Virus record (IMG/VR): IMGVR_UViG_3300012346_000380
Span: 1-64,000 of that record
DNA: 64,000 nucleotides
Direction: 5' to 3' (one strand)
From: a virus
Taxonomy: Duplodnaviria; Heunggongvirae; Uroviricota; Caudoviricetes
Below the pieces are notes generated by a model. The model was not told the origin of the DNA and searched no databases. It saw only the letters and a program-made list of their open reading frames with translations. Below, in pieces: positions 15,719-24,294 of the stretch. How positions within the stretch are numbered: position 1 is the stretch's first letter; every line of letters starts with the position of its first letter. The position numbers and the translations under genes were made by a program.

Positions 15719-16254
15719 TAAACTATGACGAATTTGATATTAAAATTGTTCCACAGATCTTCTGTGAATTTTTGTTCTATTATTCCATTACTAGCATTTG
15801 CAATTCTAGAGTCTACTGACGTATCAATAAACATATAGAGTACAAAGTCAAATGAAGTGGAATAAATCATGCTTTGTCCGAATCCACTTCTAAGATCTGA
15901 ACCTCTATCACCTTTTTTAAATTCAATAGCGATTCTTAATCCATCAGCTTCAACGACCATATCTGGTCTATTTGCAGTTCCCATGAAAATCATCTGATGC
16001 ACTGTTGTATTAACATTGCCTTCCCATTTCAACATGGTTTTTGCTTTTTCTCTAGCCAGATTTTTAGGCAAGCTTTTCTTTTCTATAACCCATTGTGTTA
16101 GTTCTTCAACTAAATGTGGGAATATGAATTGAATAATCTTGTCTTCTGATTGATTTTTGTAATTAATGGTTTTAAATACTTCTTGAGTAGAAATACCCTC
16201 AGTAATTACATCAAGCAATTCAATTCTGTTTTTAGATTTGCTCGACAGTTTCAT
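15718..16254 (-). CDS. hypothetical protein
   Basis: ORF track. Confidence 0.5.
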   Translation of the reverse strand: MKLSSKSKNRIELLDVITEGISTQEVFKTINYKNQSEDKIIQFIFPHLVEELTQWVIEKKSLPKNLAREKAKTMLKWEGNVNTTVHQMIFMGTANRPDMVVEADGLRIAIEFKKGDRGSDLRSGFGQSMIYSTSFDFVLYMFIDTSVDSRIANASNGIIEQKFTEDLWNNFNIKFVIV

Positions 16255-16804
16255 TTTCTAATACTGGTTGAGGTGTTTCTTGTTCTGCAATCTTTGCATC
16301 AATTTCAGCCAATTCTACGTGAATAGATTGAATTTGTTTGTTAGCTGCAGCCATAGTTTGCATAGCTTCAGTAATTTGACCACCGATGTTTGTCAATAAA
16401 CGTACATAAGTTCTAGCAGACTCAACACCTGTACTTTGAATAGCCAATAAAGATTGGTATAAAGTGTTTAAGTCAATTTGTTTTAATTGAACTGTTGCAA
16501 CTTCTTCAGCTGATAAAGTTCTTTTTTCGTTTTTAGCTAAATTAGACTCAATTGTCAAACGTGTTTTTTCGTTTTTCAAACTGTCATGTAAATTTACTAA
16601 AAGAGCTGCATTTTTAGAAGACCAGCTAACGTCTTTGTTTAAGTGGTTTAAAACTTTGGTAATATTACCAGTTTCTTCGAAGTTTACCGCGTAAGTTTGT
16701 TCTGCTAATTCAACTTGTTTTGCAGCTGCTGCAGTTTCTAACTCAGTACGCAATGCTGTTAAATCTTCTAATGTAACTTGTTTGGATTTTGTTGCTTTTC
16801 CCAT
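16232..16804 (-). CDS. hypothetical coiled-coil protein
   Basis: ORF track. The sequence is heptad-like and rich in Ala, Glu and Leu. Confidence 0.5.
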   Translation of the reverse strand: MGKATKSKQVTLEDLTALRTELETAAAAKQVELAEQTYAVNFEETGNITKVLNHLNKDVSWSSKNAALLVNLHDSLKNEKTRLTIESNLAKNEKRTLSAEEVATVQLKQIDLNTLYQSLLAIQSTGVESARTYVRLLTNIGGQITEAMQTMAAANKQIQSIHVELAEIDAKIAEQETPQPVLENETVEQI

Positions 16805-16867
16805 TTTTGATTGTGTTTAAATGTATTAACTTGAATAATTATATGAGTAAATGTTAAAAGGTTTATT

Positions 16868-17662
16868 TTATATATTAACTTCTTGCCAGATAGGATTAAA
16901 CCAAAAAGTTCTACCATTTCTGTCTGTTATCTTGCTCATTTTTGGATTGCCATAACAAATCATGAAATCTGACCACGAATCTACTTCAACTTTTTTGCCA
17001 AATGGATTCTCCCAGTCTTTTAATTGACCTCCGCCCAATCTGTAGGCTTGTAAAGGTAATAGTTTACAAAGTTGATAGATTTCAGGATAACTCTGTAAGG
17101 CTTCTCGAGCACTTATAAATGGATTGCAATCTGTTCTATATAAAATTTCAGCTCTTAAATAATTGCCTATACCATTAAAGTATTTTTGATTCATTAAAAC
17201 CTCATGAATTGGCTTGTCAAAATCTTTTTTGTTGATATTAGCTTTAATATTTCTGACAAAGTCTTGAAAGTTTGAAATTGGATCTGGACCTCTGTTGTCT
17301 GACCAAGATTCGGCTAGTTTCCATTTGCCAAAGCGTCTAACATCTACAAAATCTAAAGAACCATCATCTGATTGAAAACGCAAGTGTGAGTGTTTTAAAA
17401 GCTCTCCAACACCTATCCATTTAAAATGACCTGACATACCCATAGTCATACGTAATTTAACACTTTGAATTGAATTTAATTTTCGTAAAGTTAGAAGCAA
17501 TTCTTTACCCTGACTTTCTGCGTAAATTGTAAAAGCATGAAATGGCAACTCTATTTCTTGGCCTTTATGCGCTGGATTCTTTTTTATAATGTAAAAAACA
17601 CGATCTTTAGCTTCGTGATTGACGTAATCTGCGGTAAGTTTTAATTCTGCTAATTCTGGCAT
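16868..17662 (-). CDS. Fpg/Nei family DNA glycosylase (endonuclease VIII-like)
   Basis: N-terminal MPELAEL (catalytic P2, E3, E6). The H2TH motif is NGIGNYLRAEILYRTDCNPF. Confidence 0.6.
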   Translation of the reverse strand: MPELAELKLTADYVNHEAKDRVFYIIKKNPAHKGQEIELPFHAFTIYAESQGKELLLTLRKLNSIQSVKLRMTMGMSGHFKWIGVGELLKHSHLRFQSDDGSLDFVDVRRFGKWKLAESWSDNRGPDPISNFQDFVRNIKANINKKDFDKPIHEVLMNQKYFNGIGNYLRAEILYRTDCNPFISAREALQSYPEIYQLCKLLPLQAYRLGGGQLKDWENPFGKKVEVDSWSDFMICYGNPKMSKITDRNGRTFWFNPIWQEVNI

Positions 17663-17791
17663 ATTTATGGTTTAAAGTCCCTATAACCTTATCTCTCGCT
17701 GAAAGACGAAACTTATATTAGTATTGGGCCCGTTTGTTTCAATTTTTTAAAAATACTATTTAGTCCACTGTGATTTTAAAGCTCACTGGCA

Positions 17792-18010
17792 CTATCGATA
17801 TAAAGTCACATATTCACCAAAGTGCTTATCAAATGTTTCGACCAGATGCTCATAATCTGCTGATTTCATATCTTCTAAGATAGCTTCACCAGGTAAACCT
17901 AATTGTCTAGCTAAATCCATGGCAGTGCCTAATAAAAAATAAGCATTTCCCTGTGGGCCTGTTAAATCGATCTCTAACGCTTGATTTTTTTCTTTAATTG
18001 ATTTTATCAT
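17792..18010 (-). CDS. hypothetical small protein (start at the internal ATG MIKSIKEK)
   Basis: The track ORF's N-terminus (..FFLYIYKVIKTNK) translates the terminator/promoter cassette. 'cat' at 18008-18010. Confidence 0.45.
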   Translation of the reverse strand: MIKSIKEKNQALEIDLTGPQGNAYFLLGTAMDLARQLGLPGEAILEDMKSADYEHLVETFDKHFGEYVTLYR

Positions 18011-18100
18011 CTTGTTTGTTTTAATTACTTTGTAAATATACAAAAAAAAGCCCAAACTAAAAAATTTGGGCTTAACTATTTTCAAAAAATTATAGGCTTA
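18011..18100 (-). promoter_or_regulatory. terminator-promoter cassette copy P7 (hairpin AAGCCCAAA/TTTGGGCTT at about 18042-18073 plus TGTAAATATAC box)
   Basis: A perfect 9-bp stem with an 8-nt A-run on the plus side (T-run in minus sense). It is identical in design to the 21492-21589 copy. Confidence 0.55.
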
Positions 18101-18784
18101 TTATTCCCATATCTTATAAAACTTTCTAAATAACAAGACTACGTCCATTGCATCTTCAATTGCATTGTGTGTTACGACACTACTAAGTCCTGCTCTTTCT
18201 TTACACAGACTTAAACCTGGCGCAGCATCATCATTCTTCCAATCAATATAAAGAACTGAAGGATCTAAAGTTCTACCACGAGCTCTTAGGCATTGTTTCC
18301 ATCTCGGTAAGCGTTCTAGAAACTTATTATCAAAGTTGGCAAAGTTTTTACCAGCGGCATTGAAATAATAAGGTTTCATTTTGGAAGTTAAAGCTGGGTA
18401 TGATTTACCATTTACAAATTCCATCATACCAGTTGGATCAAACTTGCCATCTAAGGCTCCATTTTCCCATAAGAAATGAAAAATTCTTCGAGTAACATCT
18501 TCTTCTTTTAAATACTCACGACCTGTTCTAACTTCAATCGCTTTACGTTCTTCATCACTGCGAGCCATCTTATATTCTAAGATGTCAGCAATTAATTGAT
18601 GATTCATATTAATAGCAAAGATTTCACCTTCGATGCGTTCTCTAAGAATTGCTATCTCTAATGTTGGTAATTCTTCAACAGGTTTACAGTTAACTGTATC
18701 TTCAACTACTATACCAATTGATAGTGTTTGAGTGTTTTCATTATCGATTCCAGTGGTTTCGATATCAATTGACGTATATATCAT
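18101..18784 (-). CDS. DEDDh 3'-5' exonuclease (DnaQ/RNase T/oligoribonuclease superfamily)
   Basis: Exo I motif SIDIETTG and Exo III motif THNAIEDAMDVV. Confidence 0.6.
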   Translation of the reverse strand: MIYTSIDIETTGIDNENTQTLSIGIVVEDTVNCKPVEELPTLEIAILRERIEGEIFAINMNHQLIADILEYKMARSDEERKAIEVRTGREYLKEEDVTRRIFHFLWENGALDGKFDPTGMMEFVNGKSYPALTSKMKPYYFNAAGKNFANFDNKFLERLPRWKQCLRARGRTLDPSVLYIDWKNDDAAPGLSLCKERAGLSSVVTHNAIEDAMDVVLLFRKFYKIWE

Positions 18785-18794
18785 ATTTGTAAAT

Positions 18795-19190
18795 TTACAT
18801 TTCTATTATTTTCTTGCCTTCTGAGTGTTCTTCGCATAATGTTGTAATCCAACCATCACCTCTAACTTGACCTAATTCACCGCATTTTTCACAAGTAATA
18901 TAAGAAGCTGATTCAGCTAATTGAATACGATGCCAAATTTCTTCACTACCAGAATTGATATAAAATCTAAGACCACCAAACTTTTCTTTAACTTGACAAA
19001 TTTGCTTGTCCCATCCAAGTTCTATTAGATCTTCTATAAGTCTCTTAATAATACCTAACCAACCTGGACCAACTGAAAAGAAACCTGCGCTTTTAATCGG
19101 TGGTCTATCAGTAAAGTAACCATTATTAAGTCCTCCAATACTTTCTAAGAAAGCATTCATTTCTTCTTTGGTCATTAAATTATTATTCAT
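18795..19190 (-). CDS. hypothetical protein with a C-terminal CxxC..CxxH zinc-binding motif
   Basis: ORF track. Contains CEKCGE..CEEHSEG. Confidence 0.45.
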   Translation of the reverse strand: MNNNLMTKEEMNAFLESIGGLNNGYFTDRPPIKSAGFFSVGPGWLGIIKRLIEDLIELGWDKQICQVKEKFGGLRFYINSGSEEIWHRIQLAESASYITCEKCGELGQVRGDGWITTLCEEHSEGKKIIEM

Positions 19191-19452
19191 CTTTATTAAT
19201 TTTAAGTGAATCTACTACTTTTTGTAATCTATCAGCATCATCTGGATTTAAGATGATCTCGTCAAATGCACCAAAACGACTTTGATAACCAAAAATATAT
19301 CTAAAGGCATATTTAAGTCTTCGTAATATCGGTTGTTTTGTTAAATGTATCGTTAAATACAATTCATTATCATCTTCAAATTTTCTAAAGATAAATTGGT
19401 GATCTGGCGAATGGCAATCGCAGATAAAAATCTCTTGTGTTTCGAATTTCAT
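19183..19452 (-). CDS. hypothetical protein
   Basis: ORF track. Confidence 0.45.
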   Translation of the reverse strand: MKFETQEIFICDCHSPDHQFIFRKFEDDNELYLTIHLTKQPILRRLKYAFRYIFGYQSRFGAFDEIILNPDDADRLQKVVDSLKINKDE

Positions 19453-19862
19453 TATACTGTGTGTTCTATTCTTACTCTAACGCAGTTTTGCGGCAATCTG
19501 TGCAAGTGTCTGTAGTTATTTATATAACCCATCATGTTTGCAGAACCAACTGCATTTGCTGAGTGAATTACAACATCAACTACAGGTTGTCCATCTAACC
19601 ATTGATTGACTAACCATTTTGTGCAGTCCATGCCAGTTTTTTCAACAATATTATCATAGTTAATAGCGTAATTCTTAGTTACGCCATATTGCCATTCCTT
19701 CATTGCTGTTTCGCCTAAATCATGGTCTAGAGAAATTAGTTCAATATTCTCTAGACCAATGTACATAATTTGAGCTACGAACTGATCATAGTTCCTAACA
19801 ACAACCCAATCTTTATCAACTGGCGTTCTTACGTCATCTAAATAAATTCTTACTTTGCTCAT
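19452..19862 (-). CDS. hypothetical protein; possible receiver-like (CPR-type) domain
   Basis: IYLDDVRTP .. VVVRN .. LISLDHDLGE resembles the acidic strand-end pattern of receiver-like domains that are associated with RNA-repair loci. Weak. Confidence 0.35.
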   Translation of the reverse strand: MSKVRIYLDDVRTPVDKDWVVVRNYDQFVAQIMYIGLENIELISLDHDLGETAMKEWQYGVTKNYAINYDNIVEKTGMDCTKWLVNQWLDGQPVVDVVIHSANAVGSANMMGYINNYRHLHRLPQNCVRVRIEHTV

Positions 19863-19874
19863 TTCTATTATGTT

Positions 19875-20180
19875 TTAGTTTAAAATGTCAGCTTCTGGTT
19901 TTATTTCAACCTCAACTTCCCATTTAGGATTTCTTTGTGTCACTAATTTTATAATACCGTATGCTAGGTGATTATAGTTTGCACTTGTTAATGTGAATGT
20001 TGCTTCAGTAACAAGCTTACGATTGTCATACGCAACTTCAACTCCACTTAATTTAGCAATTAAATTACCTTTATGGTAAATATTTCCGCTTTCGTATGTT
20101 AATCCATCAGAAGACACGTGTCTTAATTCTGAACAACTTGCCATTGATACTAACGCAAGCAACATAATTAATTTTTTCAT
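19875..20180 (-). CDS. small secreted lipoprotein
   Basis: Signal peptide MKKLIMLLALVSMASC with a lipobox cysteine. Confidence 0.5.
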   Translation of the reverse strand: MKKLIMLLALVSMASCSELRHVSSDGLTYESGNIYHKGNLIAKLSGVEVAYDNRKLVTEATFTLTSANYNHLAYGIIKLVTQRNPKWEVEVEIKPEADILN

Positions 20181-20211
20181 AATTTTGATTTAATAGGTTT
20201 CTTATTTTATA

Positions 20212-20949
20212 CTACTTTTCGAACGTTGGTTTCAACCACATTCCATCTTGAAATAAAACTTCTTCGATCATTCCAGGATGTATGTCTTCTAATACGAATA
20301 ACATTTGCAAAGAAGTCATTGTATCTGCATGAAAACATTTAGTAAGTTCTTCTCTAATTCTTTGAGCACTTACAACCTCTTTCATTTTTACCCAAAGCAA
20401 TGGTTCTGCAATTGCTCTTTGAATATCTTCACACATTACAAAACCTTTAGTGATTGAAAATCTAAAAGCTCTTAGAATTCTCAAAGGATCATCCATAAAG
20501 GTTAACTTAGGATCTAAAGGTGTTACAAGTATCATTTGTTTTAAATGTTCTTGACCGTCAAACAAATCGATAATAGTTCCATCTTCAGCTTCTGCTAATG
20601 CGTTAACTGTAAAATCTCTACGCACTAAGTCATCTTCAAGAGTTCCAAGTTCTAAGATTGGTCTACGAGTTCCTTCTTCGTACCCAACTTCTTTACGAGC
20701 TAAAACAAAGTCAGCCACCATACCTTCATTCTCATGACCTTGTGGAAACTTAGCACGAATTGTAAAACAATCTGGCGTACTTAAAAAGATTGTAAACATG
20801 TGATGATCTAACCAATCTGTCATGATTTGAAATCCTTCTTCTACGGTTCTGTCTAGATTATCTAAGACAAATGTAAAATCAATATCGTTGGACTCTAGTC
20901 CAAGTAATCTATCTCTTACGCAACCTCCTACTTTAAATATTTTTGGCAT
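20212..20949 (-). CDS. class II tRNA nucleotidyltransferase head-domain protein (CCA-adding enzyme / poly(A) polymerase family, minimal form)
   Basis: N-terminal VGGCVRDRLLGLESNDIDF is the hallmark GGxVRD..DxD motif of Pol-beta-type CCA/A-adding enzymes. Confidence 0.7.
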   Translation of the reverse strand: MPKIFKVGGCVRDRLLGLESNDIDFTFVLDNLDRTVEEGFQIMTDWLDHHMFTIFLSTPDCFTIRAKFPQGHENEGMVADFVLARKEVGYEEGTRRPILELGTLEDDLVRRDFTVNALAEAEDGTIIDLFDGQEHLKQMILVTPLDPKLTFMDDPLRILRAFRFSITKGFVMCEDIQRAIAEPLLWVKMKEVVSAQRIREELTKCFHADTMTSLQMLFVLEDIHPGMIEEVLFQDGMWLKPTFEK

Positions 20950-21277
20950 CTTCTTTTAATTTTTTAATGTGTTTACAATCTCCTCTGTGAAATGAAGCTG
21001 ACGGGCAAGTACAACTCCATTTGTCATTATTATTTTTAACTTCGTAAAATTTACCTGGCTTCGAGGCTTCAACCTTATATGATTTAATTTCTAAAAGTTT
21101 TTTAGCTTCTACTTCTTTCTTTTCAACGTAATCTGTCATATCAAAATCGATTTGATCTCTAGTAGTTCCTTTAGGTACTGGATGCCAACCTGGACATATA
21201 TAAGTACCACTTAAAGTTGTTACAATTGCAAATGCAGTTCCGAATGGGCTACTTGGTTTGATAATAAACTTTTCCAT
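20933..21277 (-). CDS. hypothetical protein with a SWIM-type zinc finger
   Basis: WSCTCPSASFHRGDCKH fits the CxCxnCxH pattern. Confidence 0.45.
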   Translation of the reverse strand: MEKFIIKPSSPFGTAFAIVTTLSGTYICPGWHPVPKGTTRDQIDFDMTDYVEKKEVEAKKLLEIKSYKVEASKPGKFYEVKNNNDKWSCTCPSASFHRGDCKHIKKLKEDAKNI

Positions 21278-21278
21278 C

Positions 21279-21491
21279 TTATTGATTTTCTACTGGAATA
21301 ATAGTTGTGGTAGGTACGCTAATATCAAAGAAACTTTCATATCCTCTTTTTACATCCTCAAAACAAGCTAAAGTAACGTCATCGTTTTCTTTAGAAAATC
21401 CTGAAAAAACAAGACCATCATATCCATCTGGTCTAAATTGTGTTGTAACAATATATTCTTTTCCTTCTACTAATAATTCTAAGTTTTTCAT
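21279..21491 (-). CDS. hypothetical small protein (start at the internal ATG MKNLELL)
   Basis: The track N-terminus (MGFFSYIYIYKLKQ) is a translation of the cassette. 'cat' at 21489-21491. Confidence 0.45.
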   Translation of the reverse strand: MKNLELLVEGKEYIVTTQFRPDGYDGLVFSGFSKENDDVTLACFEDVKRGYESFFDISVPTTTIIPVENQ

Positions 21492-21589
21492 AATGGATGT
21501 TTGTTTTAATTTGTATATGTAAATATACGAAAAAAAGCCCAAACTAAAAAATTTGGGCTTAATTATTTTCGTAAAGTTACGAACAATTT
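21492..21589 (-). promoter_or_regulatory. terminator-promoter cassette copy P8 (hairpin AAGCCCAAA/TTTGGGCTT at about 21529-21560 plus TGTAAATATAC box)
   Basis: It has the same stem and loop as the 18042-18073 copy. The flanking AAAGTTACGAACAATTT is shared with the 11018-11110 copy. Confidence 0.55.
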
Positions 21590-22453
21590 CTATTTTCTAT
21601 TCAAAAGAATTCCTTGTGCTGAACCAAATACGTTGTTAGATCCATAAGGTGATACGCCTTTTTCAGCCCACACTCTTTCAGTTTCTGCTCGATATAATTC
21701 TAGCATTTTAGGTTGAGATAAAATCTCTTTTGTTTTAGCGTCATAGATAGCAGCTTCATAGTTACCTTTAGCCGTTGCTACTTTCTTTAAAGCTGATTGT
21801 TCTGCTTGTTTTGTTTGAGAAATAATAGTTGCTGTTTCTTGTAAGACTGCAATTTTTCTTTCAATAGCTGCTTTATATGATGCAGGTAATTGCATTTTTA
21901 AGATTGCAATGTTATTTAATGTAAAGCCTTCTTTTTCTAAAGCAACATTTAAAGTTTTAGTTACATTAGCTTCATAGATATTTCTGTGTTGTAATAAACT
22001 ATCTGAAGCAAAACTAACAGCATTATCTAATAATTCTTTACGTACTAATGTTCTTACTCGAGTTTCAATCAACTCTTTCATATCAACTCTATATTTAGTA
22101 AATAATTCAGCAGCTCTTGCTCGTTGTAATTGTAAGTTGATAGAAACGTCTAAGCCAAATGTTGCGCCGTCTGCTGATGTTACGTCGATGTGTTCATCTG
22201 TTGGTGAATCTTCATTTGCGTCTGCTGACCATACTTTGTGTTGAACTGACGTTGGATATAAATATACGTCTTGTGTTGGTGGGAAATAGAAAATGAATCC
22301 TGATTTCATTTCGATGTTCGGCACACCTTTGTCATTTCCGATTTGATCTACTACTAATGCTACTTCGCTTGAGTCAGCTGTTGTACATGAATTAGCACCT
22401 ACTAATAAAATTAATACTGCTGCTAAAATTCCTAAAATTGATTTAATTTTCAT
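21590..22453 (-). CDS. SPFH/band-7 (prohibitin/HflKC-like) domain lipoprotein
   Basis: Signal peptide with a lipobox (LVGANSC). A long Ala/Glu/Lys-rich helical region (IAILKMQLPASYKAAIERKIAVLQETATIISQTKQAEQ) is typical of the SPFH C-terminal part. Confidence 0.55.
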   Translation of the reverse strand: MKIKSILGILAAVLILLVGANSCTTADSSEVALVVDQIGNDKGVPNIEMKSGFIFYFPPTQDVYLYPTSVQHKVWSADANEDSPTDEHIDVTSADGATFGLDVSINLQLQRARAAELFTKYRVDMKELIETRVRTLVRKELLDNAVSFASDSLLQHRNIYEANVTKTLNVALEKEGFTLNNIAILKMQLPASYKAAIERKIAVLQETATIISQTKQAEQSALKKVATAKGNYEAAIYDAKTKEILSQPKMLELYRAETERVWAEKGVSPYGSNNVFGSAQGILLNRK

Positions 22454-22471
22454 TTTTGTTTATTTAATTGG

Positions 22472-22705
22472 TTATTTGTTTTCTTTATTTGTTCGGTATT
22501 CTATAATAATTTGTGCTACTATTCGGCCAAAATTCCATGCACATATAAATGCAGTTGAAATTAATGCGATTGAGATTAATACACCTAAAATTAGATATAA
22601 GTTGCTTGGTTGATTCATTAAACGAAGTCCCAGTGGACCAATGTTTATGATCGATAAAATCCATCCTACTAAATATAAGATTGCTTTTAAAATTTTTGTT
22701 TTCAT
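22472..22705 (-). CDS. small integral membrane protein (2-3 TM helices)
   Basis: The hydrophobic segments and its position immediately upstream of the SPFH gene suggest an NfeD-like partner. Confidence 0.45.
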   Translation of the reverse strand: MKTKILKAILYLVGWILSIINIGPLGLRLMNQPSNLYLILGVLISIALISTAFICAWNFGRIVAQIIIEYRTNKENK

Positions 22706-22748
22706 GATTTAATTAATTTAATTGTTTTATAAGAGATTTAAAAGTTGT

Positions 22749-23402
22749 TTAATTTGATAGAGATTTTTTCTTTCTAGCTATATTAAGATTTTCATAATTA
22801 GTTTGCTTATTAAATTGTCTTTCAATTCGATATAGATGATTTGGTGTTAGGCCAAACCATGGGTCCGAATGGTGAAACTTTGCAAATTGTTCAGGTAACA
22901 TATCAGAATCATCGTCTAAAATTACATAATCTTCAACGTCTGGATGAGCATCCAACCAATCTTGAATCTCTTCACCTCGTAAGGTTCTACGACGACCTGT
23001 AATTCCAACATACGTTCCGGGTTTAAACCCTAACTTTACTAAAGCATCCTCCCATCTTTCAGGAGTCGATATACAATCTTCCTTACCAAAATGATGCTTC
23101 CAAACTGAAGATACACAAATCTTTGTACCTGTTTCATTACACCAGTTACTTAGCCACTCCCATTTTTGAGGACATGTTTCCTCTACTAATCTTTCAAATT
23201 GATAATCAAATTCATAAAATCTCTTTGGCGTTTTATAATCTGCCATAGAAACTCCTTTTGATTTGATTCCAAATATTTTTCTAAGTAAACGTTTTGATTC
23301 ATATAACCAAGTAATTGGTTTTCTCCATCTTCTTTTATGTCTTTGTTCATAAAAAACTCTGGAATTCATAACGCCATCAATATCTAGGAATATTACTTTC
23401 AT
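22749..23402 (-). CDS. HAD-superfamily phosphatase (possible polynucleotide 3'-phosphatase type)
   Basis: N-terminal KVIFLDIDGVMN is HAD motif I (DxDG). The downstream acidic VILDDDSD resembles motif IV. Confidence 0.5.
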   Translation of the reverse strand: MKVIFLDIDGVMNSRVFYEQRHKRRWRKPITWLYESKRLLRKIFGIKSKGVSMADYKTPKRFYEFDYQFERLVEETCPQKWEWLSNWCNETGTKICVSSVWKHHFGKEDCISTPERWEDALVKLGFKPGTYVGITGRRRTLRGEEIQDWLDAHPDVEDYVILDDDSDMLPEQFAKFHHSDPWFGLTPNHLYRIERQFNKQTNYENLNIARKKKSLSN

Positions 23403-23412
23403 AGATTGCGTA

Positions 23413-23694
23413 TTAATTTAATTGCTTTATGAGTGATATAAAAATGGTTTCATATTTGCTTGGACCGTCTTCTACGTTTAAATTATATTTTTTTAATAAT
23501 TCATATAACGCTAAAGATTCATTTTCGATCATATAAACTAAAGCCATTGTTTCTGCACTTGACCATTCTTCTTGCGGTGAAGTGTTTAAAAATCCAGTAA
23601 ATCTATTATCGTTTGGATCTAATTGATAGTCTTTTGAAATTCTATCTAATACTGGTTCTAAAATAGAACTTGCAATTATTTGTGTGTTTTCCAT
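23413..23694 (-). CDS. hypothetical protein (start at the internal ATG MENTQII to avoid a 65-nt overlap)
   Basis: The track ORF 23413..23769 overlaps the upstream gene. 'cat' at 23692-23694. Confidence 0.4.
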   Translation of the reverse strand: MENTQIIASSILEPVLDRISKDYQLDPNDNRFTGFLNTSPQEEWSSAETMALVYMIENESLALYELLKKYNLNVEDGPSKYETIFISLIKQLN

Positions 23695-23704
23695 TTTTTT
23701 AAAT

Positions 23705-23986
23705 TTATAAATTATCATAACTTCCATAAACACCAGTTTCCATTTCAAACTGACGTTTTTCGTGTTCATATTCCGAGTAAACGTTGATATTTAACCAACG
23801 ATCTTCTCCATTAAAACCTCCATTTTCCCAAGCTGGTCCAATATTATTCAAATACTGAAACGCTTCTTCAGCATTCCAAGCTTTGCAAAATTCATATTCT
23901 GCTTGCGTTAGAATTTCAACAGTATTAATTAAACGCTGATATTCTTTATATTCTTGTTCTGCTAAATAATTAGATTCTTCTGACAT
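23705..23986 (-). CDS. hypothetical acidic protein
   Basis: ORF track. Preceded by promoter element P9. Confidence 0.45.
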   Translation of the reverse strand: MSEESNYLAEQEYKEYQRLINTVEILTQAEYEFCKAWNAEEAFQYLNNIGPAWENGGFNGEDRWLNINVYSEYEHEKRQFEMETGVYGSYDNL

Positions 23987-24071
23987 AATAGTTGTTGTTT
24001 TAATTATAAGGCTAATATACGAACTTTATTTGAAATAAAAAAATATTTAAGTAATTATTTTTCAAAAGTTA
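23987..24071 (-). promoter_or_regulatory. conserved promoter/leader element copy P9
   Basis: The sequence is TTTTAATTATAAGGCTAATATACGAAC..TTTGAAATAAAAAAATATTTAAGTAATTATTTTT. Confidence 0.5.
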
Positions 24072-24233
24072 TTAACAATCTTCTAGATCATTTTCAACTA
24101 TTTCATATCGTCTACCGCCAATATCGTTCCATGCGTATAATTGAGCAGCATCAAAAGTTGTAAAACTTTTAATATCGTTTTGGAATATTTCAATACCATC
24201 AGAAAAGAAAGGAATAACTGTAAAGACTGTCAT
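24072..24233 (-). CDS. hypothetical small protein (start at the internal ATG MTVFTV)
   Basis: The track N-terminus (MLYIYRVIKNKQI) translates the promoter element. 'cat' at 24231-24233. Confidence 0.4.
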   Translation of the reverse strand: MTVFTVIPFFSDGIEIFQNDIKSFTTFDAAQLYAWNDIGGRRYEIVENDLEDC

Positions 24234-24294
24234 AATTTGTTTGTTTTTAATTACTCTGTAAATATACAACAAACATTTGACATAAAAAAATATT
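24234..24294 (-). promoter_or_regulatory. conserved promoter/leader element copy P10
   Basis: The sequence is TTTTTAATTACTCTGTAAATATACAACAAACATTTGACATAAAAAAATATTTTAG. Confidence 0.5.

Noticed and set aside
10802-24272. N-terminal extensions of track ORFs 2536..4014, 10802..11095, 17792..18085, 21279..21542, 24072..24272 and 33988..34263 (peptides such as FFVYIYRVIKT, FFLYIYKVIKT, SYIYIYKLKQ)
   Set aside because: These stretches are translations of the conserved promoter and terminator DNA element. Starts were moved to the first ATG downstream of the element.
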